The notes under the pieces were generated by a model. The model made no database searches and had not been told where the DNA came from. It saw only the letters and a program-made list of their open reading frames with translations. A stretch of DNA of 27,909 bases, taken from NCBI GenBank assembly GCA_964508365.1, contig CAZDTP010000053.1, positions 1 through 27,909 of the forward strand, read 5' to 3'. The position numbers and the translations under genes are program-made. Positions 1-8,301 of this stretch are shown in pieces. The DNA is from an uncultured archaeon (lineage in GTDB: Archaea; Asgardarchaeota; Lokiarchaeia; Sigyniarchaeales; SOKP01). Positions within the stretch are counted from its first letter, which is position 1, and every line of letters starts with the position of its first letter.

Positions 1-1113
1 GGATATTACTCGTTCTTCTTTAACACAGGAAACGCTTCAGAAGTTGGTGCCTATACCATCACTTTCTTAGCTACAAAACAAAATTATTCAAATGGAGTTC
101 CAGTTTCGAGCTTCATAATTAATGTTATTAATAGACCAACTATGCTAGATACGAGTGCGACTGTATTATACGTCAGCCAAAAAATATACGTACAAGAAGC
201 GTATAACCTCACTTTTGAATATATAGACTTTTTGACTTCGAATCTTATCAAAAATGCTGACGAAATGAGCTTTGTTTTACAAAAACTCGACGCTGATGGA
301 GTGCCAATTCCTGGAATATCGTTTTCAGGAACTTTAATTGAGACGATTAACCATAGATATGTTCTGGATCTTAATACAGAAACGCTTACTTACGGAGAAT
401 ATTCAATTGTTGTTACGCTTAACAAAGATAATTACGAATTTAGAGTATCCATAGTTTCTTTGACGATAAACCTAAGAGTATTTGCAGAAGTATTATCAAT
501 ATCTACTTTAACGGAGATTGATTCGGGCGGAGCTCTACAGTTTCAGGTCACTCTTACTGACCCTAATAACAACTCTGTTCCGATAATCGGTGCTACGCTT
601 TACTTTACCATGCGAGGGACTAGAACTGACCTCACAGATAATGGTGATGGCACCTATTCTCTATATATTGCTTTTATCGCAGATGCGTTCTTTTTACCCG
701 AGACGATCCCTGGAAGCTTGACGCTCGAGAAAGCTAATTTTACGACTATTGTAAAAGATATTACAGTAGTAGTTAAAATGACCGAAATTTTCCCTGGATT
801 CCCAATGTTTTACTTTCTGATGATTGTAGGTGCTATTGTTGCTGTTGCTGGAAGTCTGATTGCTTATAGAACGATTCAACAAGCGAGAATTCCTACTTTT
901 GTTAAAAAAGTAAGACAAATGAGCAAAAGTATAAAAGGAAAGAAATCTATCTCGGACTCGCTTTTGTATCCATCGAAAGACGAGGTCATTGTAAAGAAAT
1001 TTGGAGATAGATGGGAAGTGCTTGGTTTATCTTTGGACGAAATTTTAGGACTTGATGCAATAAAAAAGAAGAAATTACCAGAAACAACTGATTTAAAAGG
1101 AGGTAGCGAATAA
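1..1113 (+). CDS. C-terminal part of a large single-pass membrane/surface protein with tandem Ig-like beta-sandwich repeats and a basic cytoplasmic tail (5' truncated by window edge)
   Basis: Frame 1 is open from position 1 (GYYSFFFNTGNASEVGAYTITFLATKQNYSNG...) into the ORF called at 142. About 100-aa beta-rich repeats carry a K-x-N-[YF] motif (TKQNY, NKDNY, EKANF). One hydrophobic helix (MFYFLMIVGAIVAVAGSLIAY) is followed by RIPTFVKKVRQMSKSIK. TAA stop at 1111-1113. Confidence 0.8.
   Translation, partial: GYYSFFFNTGNASEVGAYTITFLATKQNYSNGVPVSSFIINVINRPTMLDTSATVLYVSQKIYVQEAYNLTFEYIDFLTSNLIKNADEMSFVLQKLDADGVPIPGISFSGTLIETINHRYVLDLNTETLTYGEYSIVVTLNKDNYEFRVSIVSLTINLRVFAEVLSISTLTEIDSGGALQFQVTLTDPNNNSVPIIGATLYFTMRGTRTDLTDNGDGTYSLYIAFIADAFFLPETIPGSLTLEKANFTTIVKDITVVVKMTEIFPGFPMFYFLMIVGAIVAVAGSLIAYRTIQQARIPTFVKKVRQMSKSIKGKKSISDSLLYPSKDEVIVKKFGDRWEVLGLSLDEILGLDAIKKKKLPETTDLKGGSE
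1099..1104 (+). promoter_or_regulatory. Shine-Dalgarno site (GGAGGT) for the gene at 1116, embedded in the last codons of the upstream gene
   Basis: GGAGGT lies 11 nt before the ATG at 1116. Only 2 nt separate the upstream stop from that ATG. Confidence 0.7.
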
Positions 1114-1115
1114 AA

Positions 1116-2219
1116 ATGCCAGTCGGATTAGTAGTAATGAAATGGGACGAAAGAGTTGGTACGGAAATCTTAGCAAAATATCCCGAAGAGATCGTAATCA
1201 CAGATAAAACGCTTATGCAAGTATACAGTACACACGAGTATAGTGGAGAGTCGGGGATGATAAGTTTAATGGTAGGGTCGTTAAACATTGCATCCTACTA
1301 CACAGGACCCGAGAAAGGGTATTACATCCTTATGCTTTTAAACCTTGACGACGACCCTGACGCTTACGAAGGGGGATTAGCTGACGCTTCCAGAATAATT
1401 TTACAAAATCTTGAGGATGATGCCTATCTAAGTATGATTCCTTCGCTATTTAGAAGATTGTCGGTGTATCCTACGTTGAATAGCGAACAACAATTAGCAA
1501 TGACATACCAAGACGAGATAAAGAGGATGATAATCAATCGCTTACGAGACGAGGGCACGGTATCGAAATCTGAACTAATGGTCTGGTTAAAAGACAGATA
1601 CAAACAAGGTTTCGTCGATTTAGAAAGCGTTTTGATAGAATTGATTAAGCGGGAATTGATAAAAGAAACTTCAGTTAAAGGAATGCCGTCAGAATTAATT
1701 TTTCTCACTAACGACGTTTTAATGCTACGAGTTCCCCCAGTTCAACTACTCAAGGATCCTGCGGATAGAGGGTTGCCTTCGCAATTAGCGTCGGATTATA
1801 GGACGGAAACTAAAAAGTTCTTTCAAAACTATAGACCATCAGATCAGGATAACCTCAGAGTGATTGAAATCATTATCAATCCTCAAGTCTACGAAACGCT
1901 GCGTTTATTGCGAACTGCCATCGTCACCAAAAACGATCTTGAGAAGCTAAAAAAGAAGGGTGTCGACGATATAGACGACGTGTTGAAAATGTTGTGGGAG
2001 AGTCAGATGATTCAGGTGTTCCAGGACGATAAAAACAACGAATACTACGCATTGCTATCGGATTTTTACATCGATAAGGTATTTCCTAAGTATTTACTTA
2101 ATATTATCAAAGCTGAATACGAGAAGAAATCGAAAGCCGATCAGGTATTAATAGAATACTTAACCGTGCTTGAGAATTCTTATTTAACCTTAAAAGCGGC
2201 TGTTAAGTCTGAAGATTAA
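1116..2219 (+). CDS. Conserved hypothetical cytosolic protein: N-terminal longin/uDENN-like domain plus two predicted winged-helix domains
   Basis: 367-aa ORF with SD. The N-terminal pattern fits beta-beta-alpha-beta-beta-beta-alpha (VGLVVMKWDERVGTEILAKYP ... NIASYY ... YYILMLL ... helix). Two wHTH-like segments follow (SKSELMVWLKDRY...DLESVLIELIKRELIKET; TKNDLEKL...DIDDVLKMLWESQMIQVF). The gene is certain; the fold is inferred. Confidence 0.6.
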   Translation: MPVGLVVMKWDERVGTEILAKYPEEIVITDKTLMQVYSTHEYSGESGMISLMVGSLNIASYYTGPEKGYYILMLLNLDDDPDAYEGGLADASRIILQNLEDDAYLSMIPSLFRRLSVYPTLNSEQQLAMTYQDEIKRMIINRLRDEGTVSKSELMVWLKDRYKQGFVDLESVLIELIKRELIKETSVKGMPSELIFLTNDVLMLRVPPVQLLKDPADRGLPSQLASDYRTETKKFFQNYRPSDQDNLRVIEIIINPQVYETLRLLRTAIVTKNDLEKLKKKGVDDIDDVLKMLWESQMIQVFQDDKNNEYYALLSDFYIDKVFPKYLLNIIKAEYEKKSKADQVLIEYLTVLENSYLTLKAAVKSED

Positions 2220-2220
2220 A

Positions 2221-2262
2221 TTTTTTTATTTTTTTTTTCTCTAATTTTTATTTTATTTTTTT
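2221..2262 (+). terminator. Probable archaeal oligo(T) terminator
   Basis: Several T7-T11 runs immediately after the stop at 2219. Confidence 0.5.
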
Positions 2263-2325
2263 TATCATATAACTAACAACAATTAAATTTTTCAATATCA
2301 TAACATTATTTTTCTTCGATGTAAT

Positions 2326-3669
2326 ATGGCACCAGAAGAAGAATATTATGAAAGTTGTAAACAATACTTAGACGTCCCAGAAGCGATTGGATTAGATGGT
2401 ATCGACTTGGAGAAGTATATCATTGCCTCATACATTATCAAAAGGCCTCGTGGAATGAATGTCAACTATTTATCTAGGTTTGCTGCTATTGAGCAATCAA
2501 CTGGAACCTGGGTAAGAGTGCCTGCAGAAACAGCTGAGGTTCGGAAGGAGCATGTCGCCAGAGTGCTTGGTGTGTACGAGCTTCCACACTATGAGTTTGT
2601 GCTTCCATCAAAGACAGATCACCCTGACAGACTTTATTTCGTTCAAATTGGTTTCCCTATCTCAAATATAAAGGGAGATGGTATTCCAATGCTTCTTACA
2701 TCTGTTATAGGGAACATCAGTATAACTCATGGGTTAAAATTAGTCGATGTAGCATTTCCTAAAGCATATTTAGAAGACTTCAAAGGTCCAAAATTCGGAA
2801 TAGATGGATTGAGAAAGCTTCTAAAAGTACCCGAACGCCCTATGCTAAATAATATGGTGAAACCTTGTACCGGCCACACTTGTGATGTTGCAGCAGATTT
2901 AGTTTATCAAGCTGCTGTTGGAGGGTGCGATGTCGTAAAAGACGATGAACTTATCGGGAATCCAGCTTTCAATACACTCGAAGATAGAATAACTTCTGTT
3001 ATGGAAGCTGTCGACAGAGCAGACTCTGAAAAAGGAGAAAAAACTCTTTATACCATAAATATTACAAGCAAGTTTCCAGAGATGTTCGAAAATGCCGATA
3101 AGATGATTGAATTAGGTGCAAACGCCTTAATGATCAACTATCTCACGGCAGGATTTGAAGCTTTAAGAGCTGTTGCCGAGGATCCTTCTATAAAGGTTCC
3201 GATTTTGGGTCACATGGATTTTGCTGGGGCTTATTTTGGGGGAGAATGGACCGGTTTAACGAGTATGATAACTCTCGGAAAGTTCCCAAGGATGTGTGGA
3301 GCGGATACAGTCGTAATTCCAGCCCCTTATGGAAAAGCAGAAATATTGGATGAACGTTACGAACAAAACTTAAAAGTACTGAGATACCCCTTCCAACACA
3401 TAAAACCTACACTACCTATGCCTAGCGGAGGCATTACACAAGGTATGGTTGAAAAAACTATGAAAGAAGCCGGAAAGGATATTCTTATAGGGAGTGGTGG
3501 AGGAATTCATAGTCATCCAGATGGACCAACTGCGGGCGCGAAAGCATTTAGACAGGCTATTGATGCAGTAATGAATGGAATCGAAGTTAAACAGTATGCT
3601 AAAGACCATAAAGAATTAGGTAAAGCTCTTGGAGTATGGGGAACGGGAAAAACTGCTCTAATTGAATAA
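2326..3669 (+). CDS. RuBisCO-like protein (form IV RLP)
   Basis: RuBisCO large-subunit motifs EQSTGTW, IGNIS, KPCTG, VVKDDE, GHMDFAG, YGK, MPSGG and GGGIHSHPDG. The K177 equivalent is Cys and the R295 equivalent is Met, which indicates form IV rather than a carboxylating RuBisCO. Confidence 0.9.
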   Translation: MAPEEEYYESCKQYLDVPEAIGLDGIDLEKYIIASYIIKRPRGMNVNYLSRFAAIEQSTGTWVRVPAETAEVRKEHVARVLGVYELPHYEFVLPSKTDHPDRLYFVQIGFPISNIKGDGIPMLLTSVIGNISITHGLKLVDVAFPKAYLEDFKGPKFGIDGLRKLLKVPERPMLNNMVKPCTGHTCDVAADLVYQAAVGGCDVVKDDELIGNPAFNTLEDRITSVMEAVDRADSEKGEKTLYTINITSKFPEMFENADKMIELGANALMINYLTAGFEALRAVAEDPSIKVPILGHMDFAGAYFGGEWTGLTSMITLGKFPRMCGADTVVIPAPYGKAEILDERYEQNLKVLRYPFQHIKPTLPMPSGGITQGMVEKTMKEAGKDILIGSGGGIHSHPDGPTAGAKAFRQAIDAVMNGIEVKQYAKDHKELGKALGVWGTGKTALIE

Positions 3670-3670
3670 A

Positions 3671-3695
3671 TTTTATTTTTTTTATTTTTTTTTTC
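3671..3695 (+). terminator. Oligo(T) tract between convergent genes, probable terminator of the RLP gene
   Basis: TTTTATTTTTTTATTTTTTTTTT directly after the TAA at 3669. Confidence 0.5.
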
Positions 3696-3705
3696 CTAAA
3701 GCGAT

Positions 3706-4662
3706 TTATTGGATATATTTATTTAACAGAACTCTACAATCTGGATTAAAATTTTCATTTTTAACATTTTTACTTATATCATTCCCACAAAGATCTATAA
3801 ACTGAAGATTTGAAAGTTGATTAATATAATCCAGATTTTTTTGATCACTAATTTGATTATTAGGTAAAACTAAATGTGTTAGATTCTTTAGTTCAGTTAT
3901 TCCCTCTAAATCTCCAATTTGATTATTTGATAGGTCTAATGTTTTTAAATGCTTTAAATTGCCTAATCCGGTTATTTGAGAAAGGTTACGAAGGTTATTT
4001 TTCCATCCCCATGGCGTTCCTTTTACTTCAAATTCAAGATAATCGGATAGGTCTAATTTCTCAATCAATAATGTTTTTTCATCTAATTCGAAATACACAT
4101 TAGGAATTTCTTCAATTATGTCTTTAATAGTTAAAAAATTGATGAGAACTGCTGCAAGTTGTTTGTGAGATAATTTATCAATTGGTTTTCTCTTGAAATA
4201 AGATTTTAACGCTTTACGATATTTTTTATTCCCATAATCTTTGTCAATATTAAGATATTTTATATCTCTAATTTTTTTTATTTGTTCAATTAAAATAGAC
4301 TTTGCCTCGCTTGTGTGTATCTTAACTAGTGAATTTACTACTGTTATTAAGGAATAATAGGAAGTTTCGTGTTGGATAACCCATTGAAATACAGGAAGAC
4401 TGATTTCAAGAAAATTAGTGCTTATATATTTTGCCGCTGCATTTCTTATAACTTCACTTGAGTCTGAAATAATTAAGTTTTCAAAAAACTCAAACAAAGT
4501 TTTTGTATTTATTTTTAAGGTTTTAAGAATAGCAATAGCTTCCATTCTAAATTTTTCTTCGTCGTAATTCTCAATTATGGAGGTCAACAGTTTTATTGCT
4601 GTAGATTGATCTATGCGTTTGTTGTTATAATCTTCTAGAATGGTATAAGGATTTATATCCAT
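3706..4662 (-). CDS. N-terminal HEAT-like domain + C-terminal leucine-rich repeat protein (short, SDS22/internalin-like LRRs)
   Basis: LKHLKTLDLSNNQIGDLEGITELKNLTHLVLPNNQIS repeats. The N-terminal helical module (ENLIISDSSEVIRNAAA) is shared with the paralogues at 10077 and 11473. Confidence 0.85.
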   Translation of the reverse strand: MDINPYTILEDYNNKRIDQSTAIKLLTSIIENYDEEKFRMEAIAILKTLKINTKTLFEFFENLIISDSSEVIRNAAAKYISTNFLEISLPVFQWVIQHETSYYSLITVVNSLVKIHTSEAKSILIEQIKKIRDIKYLNIDKDYGNKKYRKALKSYFKRKPIDKLSHKQLAAVLINFLTIKDIIEEIPNVYFELDEKTLLIEKLDLSDYLEFEVKGTPWGWKNNLRNLSQITGLGNLKHLKTLDLSNNQIGDLEGITELKNLTHLVLPNNQISDQKNLDYINQLSNLQFIDLCGNDISKNVKNENFNPDCRVLLNKYIQ

Positions 4663-4734
4663 GATGAGTTTAATTCGAAATAATTAACTTTACATTTAAA
4701 TCAATTAAAAATTCTAAATCCAAAAATAAAATAA

Positions 4735-5691
4735 TTAAGTAAATTTACGTCCTATTACATTTTTCATTAATTCTTTGATTTGATATTTTAATTTATTAAA
4801 AGGTTTCAAATTACCTGAAAATGGTGTATTTATACCGTTATTCATTATTGGTTCTAATTGAGCTTCTATTATTTTAATTTTCTGCATATTTCCTTCGCTC
4901 AAGCATGAAAGGAAATAATCATTTCCGTATTTTTTAAATGTTAAAAAACGATAATTCTGAAAACCTAATTTTACCGCTATCCATCGAGGGTAAGCACCAG
5001 TGTTTCCTAGCGTGTTTGCTGCTATTGCTTCTATTTTTGCAGTTAGTAATGATTCTTTCATTTCATTTTCTTCCGCTGGATCTTCAAATTCACCGGGAAC
5101 TTTTACATTCAATATATCCTCATCGTCAAGCAAGAGTGAAATGACACCAATCGACATCGATGATAATCCTACATAATCTAATCTAAGCCAATCCTCCACA
5201 TATGGGATTTCTTGATCTGAAAATACCTCTTGTAATCGCATATATTCTTTCAAAATAAAGATTAATTTACCTTTAAATTTATTTTCGATATCATACTTCT
5301 CAAATTTACTTAAGCGATTAACATCTTTATCTCGTATTAAATCTGAAAAATGTTTAGCCATTTGTTCAAGAACCCATTTTCCTTTTTTATCGGGGAATTT
5401 ACCAAAGATGACATAAATAACATTGTTCTTTTCAAAGAATTGACATTTTTCTTCTTCATCATTTTCAGATATAAGGAGCATTTTATCAAGATCTCCACCT
5501 AGTATACTAGTAGCTATGTAATCTAAATTATTTGTTAATTCCAAAAAATAGAGCCATTTCTTATTGCTGGCAAACAATTGAGTTCTCTCTACCGATGTTA
5601 TTCCACAAAACTTAAGATATTCATTATCTCCCTCTAAATTAATAAAATCTCCGTCCAATGATATATCCTTGACTTTGTCTTTTTTTCTCAC
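4735..5691 (-). CDS. Hypothetical protein, possibly two longin-like domains; true 5' end probably further upstream (frame open to 5913, includes a Zn ribbon)
   Basis: 318-aa ORF from GTG at 5691. The frame stays open for 74 more codons, encoding CEYC-x13-CPRC. The alpha/beta pattern repeats twice and suggests longin/roadblock-type folds (inference only). Confidence 0.6.
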   Translation of the reverse strand: MRKKDKVKDISLDGDFINLEGDNEYLKFCGITSVERTQLFASNKKWLYFLELTNNLDYIATSILGGDLDKMLLISENDEEEKCQFFEKNNVIYVIFGKFPDKKGKWVLEQMAKHFSDLIRDKDVNRLSKFEKYDIENKFKGKLIFILKEYMRLQEVFSDQEIPYVEDWLRLDYVGLSSMSIGVISLLLDDEDILNVKVPGEFEDPAEENEMKESLLTAKIEAIAANTLGNTGAYPRWIAVKLGFQNYRFLTFKKYGNDYFLSCLSEGNMQKIKIIEAQLEPIMNNGINTPFSGNLKPFNKLKYQIKELMKNVIGRKFT

Positions 5692-6015
5692 ACCTGGTAA
5701 TTTTTTTGCTGCCGTTTCTGTTTTAGGTATAAATTCTTGAGGAGCAGTCTTTTTAACTTCCTCATTCGATGAATCATTATATTTGAAAATATTAGCTAAG
5801 AATTTTCCACATCTAGGGCAAAGTTGGTCTTTTGGAAAGGGCTTTACAAGTTTATAATTGCAATATTCACATGTGATACTCTCGGCCCTTGGATTAAAAA
5901 AAAGATTTGAAATTCAAAACCAACTCTAGAAGAATTTTAATTTCTTAAGGATAATTAAATCTAATAAATAATTATTGCTTGAAATAAATAAAAAATTTTG
6001 TGAATAACAATGAAA

Positions 6016-7107
6016 TTATAGATATTTTTCAGCAATAGAAGCAAAAGCTTCTAGGAATTTAGAGTTTTCTTCTTCTGTTCCAACAGTGATTCTAATATAA
6101 TTGTAAAGACCAGGCTTACTGAAGTGTTTTACTAAAAATTTGATATCTTTTAAATCCCATAGGAATTTTAAGGTTTTTGATTTGTCATCAAATTTGACAA
6201 ATATAAAATTCGCATCTGACGGTAACACACTAATTCCAGGATAATTGTTCAAATTTTCTGATAACCTATTTCTTTCTGCTAATATTTTTTTATTCTGTTC
6301 GTAAACTTTATTCTTGTGTTTAATACAGGAAAGTGCAGCTATTTGCGCAATTTGGTTAGTGTTAAATGGTAGTTTAACTCTATTCATCTCTTTAATTATT
6401 TCAGCATCAGCTAACGCATAACCAATCCTCAGCGAAGCAAGAGAAAAAGTTTTTGAGAAACTCCGGCAAACAACTAAGTTTTTGACATCTTTCAATAATG
6501 AAAGACATGTATAATCAGAAAAATCGGCATACGCTTCATCTACTACAACAATTCCAGGAAAATTATGACATATTTTCAGGATCGTATCGTTATCATATGA
6601 CTTCCCATTAGGATCGTTTGGAGAATTAATAAACAATAGTTTTCCTTTTTGCTCATAAACGCTTTCAGGAATACTGAAATCTTCGTTTAATTTTACCTCA
6701 TTTATTTTAGCGTTATAAAGATTAGCTAAAACATTATATAAACTAAAAGTAGGGTAAAGTATGACAACTTCATCTCCAGGATCCACAAACACTTTGAAAA
6801 TTACATCTAAAACATCGTCTGAACCATTTCCTACGAAAACTGTGTTTCTATTTGTTAAAGTATCTTTATCTCTTAATAGTTGGTTGAGAATCGCTTTACG
6901 AACCTCAAGTGCACTTGAATCGGGGTATTGTCTTAGGATATTTTTGTCTTTTAGTGCTGATTTTATATCCAGTAGTATTTCTTCTATTGGGGGATAGGCA
7001 TTTTCATTAACATTTAATTTTACCCAATCTTCTCCTTCGGGTTGTTCAACTGATTCAAAAGCTTTGTACTTGGTTAAATTTTCTCTAAATAATTTTTCTA
7101 ATTCCAT
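6016..7107 (-). CDS. hisC: Histidinol-phosphate aminotransferase (PLP-dependent, class I/II)
   Basis: Motifs KLNVNENAYPP, GNGSDD, SPNDPNG, VVVDEAY, RSFSKTFSLASLRIGY (PLP lysine), SDANF and IRITVG. Confidence 0.9.
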   Translation of the reverse strand: MELEKLFRENLTKYKAFESVEQPEGEDWVKLNVNENAYPPIEEILLDIKSALKDKNILRQYPDSSALEVRKAILNQLLRDKDTLTNRNTVFVGNGSDDVLDVIFKVFVDPGDEVVILYPTFSLYNVLANLYNAKINEVKLNEDFSIPESVYEQKGKLLFINSPNDPNGKSYDNDTILKICHNFPGIVVVDEAYADFSDYTCLSLLKDVKNLVVCRSFSKTFSLASLRIGYALADAEIIKEMNRVKLPFNTNQIAQIAALSCIKHKNKVYEQNKKILAERNRLSENLNNYPGISVLPSDANFIFVKFDDKSKTLKFLWDLKDIKFLVKHFSKPGLYNYIRITVGTEEENSKFLEAFASIAEKYL

Positions 7108-7307
7108 GCTAAATCCCGATTTTTTAAGTATAGGTTAAATGCCAGTAAAATCTTAATTCTTTAATATTTTAAGTAACATATCGCTTACATTTATTTTTTT
7201 TCTTTATCCTTAGTTTTTTCAAGCGTTAAAAAAAGATGAAAAACTCAATTTTTAAATGTATGAAACCTATTAATTTTATAATATTATTTAAAGAAGTTTG
7301 ATTTAAG

Positions 7308-8186
7308 ATGGATTTCGCTATAATGTTCAAAGTCTTGGAAGGGGGCGTAAGCGAACCAATTAAGTGGTCAAAAGACCATTTAACACCAGAAAGTAACATT
7401 ATTATTTTAGATGAAGGTTCATCTTCAGTTTTTTTGTGGTATGGAGCTAAACAAGGTTTAGTTTCTAGACGAACTGCCCTTCGACAAGCAGAATCACTTA
7501 AAGGCCACGGGTTTTCTGTAGGAAAAAGTATTGTGGGAAGAGATATAAAGGATTTAAAAGAAATCGATGAAAGAAAGATCGGTAGAGTTCCAGAAAACGA
7601 TGAACTAAATGATGAATTACAAACTCTCCTTAATAGAGGATTCAAATACTTGGATGACTATACTGTTACTTTTGATTTAGATGGAAGTATACCTTCAGCA
7701 GTTAAACTTGCGTCTAAACCCGTTTTAACGGAAGCAGCAATGCCGGAGACGGTAACTAGACCAGTAGATAAACCAGAACCCGTAGCGATTAAAACCCAAC
7801 CAGTACAAGAAGAAATAAAACGCGCCTCGGAATATGACACTGAGCCTGATCTTCCTAAAGAGACTACCCCTATTAGAAGCCAAACAATTGTGGATACTCC
7901 AATGTCTACCCTAGAGCATGATATGGCACCAGAACCTGAATTAGACCTTTCAATACAAGCTAAAATAGGTTTTGTTATAATTGGCGTTTTAAATCACTAC
8001 GATGATATTTGGATTTCAAAAAAAGAGGATGGCAGTTATTCTGTCGAACATATGGATGGAAAAGTATGTGAGTTTTCTGTTTCTGAAGGAAAAATAAAAT
8101 TCTCTAGTGACTCATTTAAAGGTATATCAACTAATATAAAAACCGAAATTCAGAAAAAATTTGTAGATCTTTCAAAATTATTATAG
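7308..8186 (+). CDS. Gelsolin-like domain protein with Pro/Thr/Glu-rich linker and small C-terminal domain
   Basis: The N-terminus LTPESNIIILDEGSSSVFLWYGAKQGLVSRRTALRQAESL fits the gelsolin/villin repeat consensus (L-x-x-x-x-x-x-ILD-x-G-x-x-x-x-x-W-x-G-x...helix). It is followed by a low-complexity linker and an about 80-aa globular C-terminus. Confidence 0.7.
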   Translation: MDFAIMFKVLEGGVSEPIKWSKDHLTPESNIIILDEGSSSVFLWYGAKQGLVSRRTALRQAESLKGHGFSVGKSIVGRDIKDLKEIDERKIGRVPENDELNDELQTLLNRGFKYLDDYTVTFDLDGSIPSAVKLASKPVLTEAAMPETVTRPVDKPEPVAIKTQPVQEEIKRASEYDTEPDLPKETTPIRSQTIVDTPMSTLEHDMAPEPELDLSIQAKIGFVIIGVLNHYDDIWISKKEDGSYSVEHMDGKVCEFSVSEGKIKFSSDSFKGISTNIKTEIQKKFVDLSKLL

Positions 8187-8301
8187 ATTTTTTCCCAATT
8201 TTTTTTAATATTGGAGTTTAAATTTTAAGACTTTTTCTAACATAATAAGCATTTCGAAAGTGACATAATCTTAATTTTAAATAAAATAGTAGAGTGATAT
8301 T

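Noticed and set aside
2326-3669. Bona fide CO2-fixing RuBisCO (form III) partnered with AMP phosphorylase
   Set aside because: K177 and R295 equivalents are substituted (KPCTG, HMD) and the overall motif set is form IV. The two genes are not adjacent.
7246-7311. 21-codon upstream ORF overlapping the gelsolin start
   Set aside because: Lies in AT-rich promoter DNA, in a different frame, with no SD. Such ORFs are expected by chance.
7226-7645. 139-aa minus-strand ORF
   Set aside because: Antisense shadow of the gelsolin-domain gene, with no recognisable motif.
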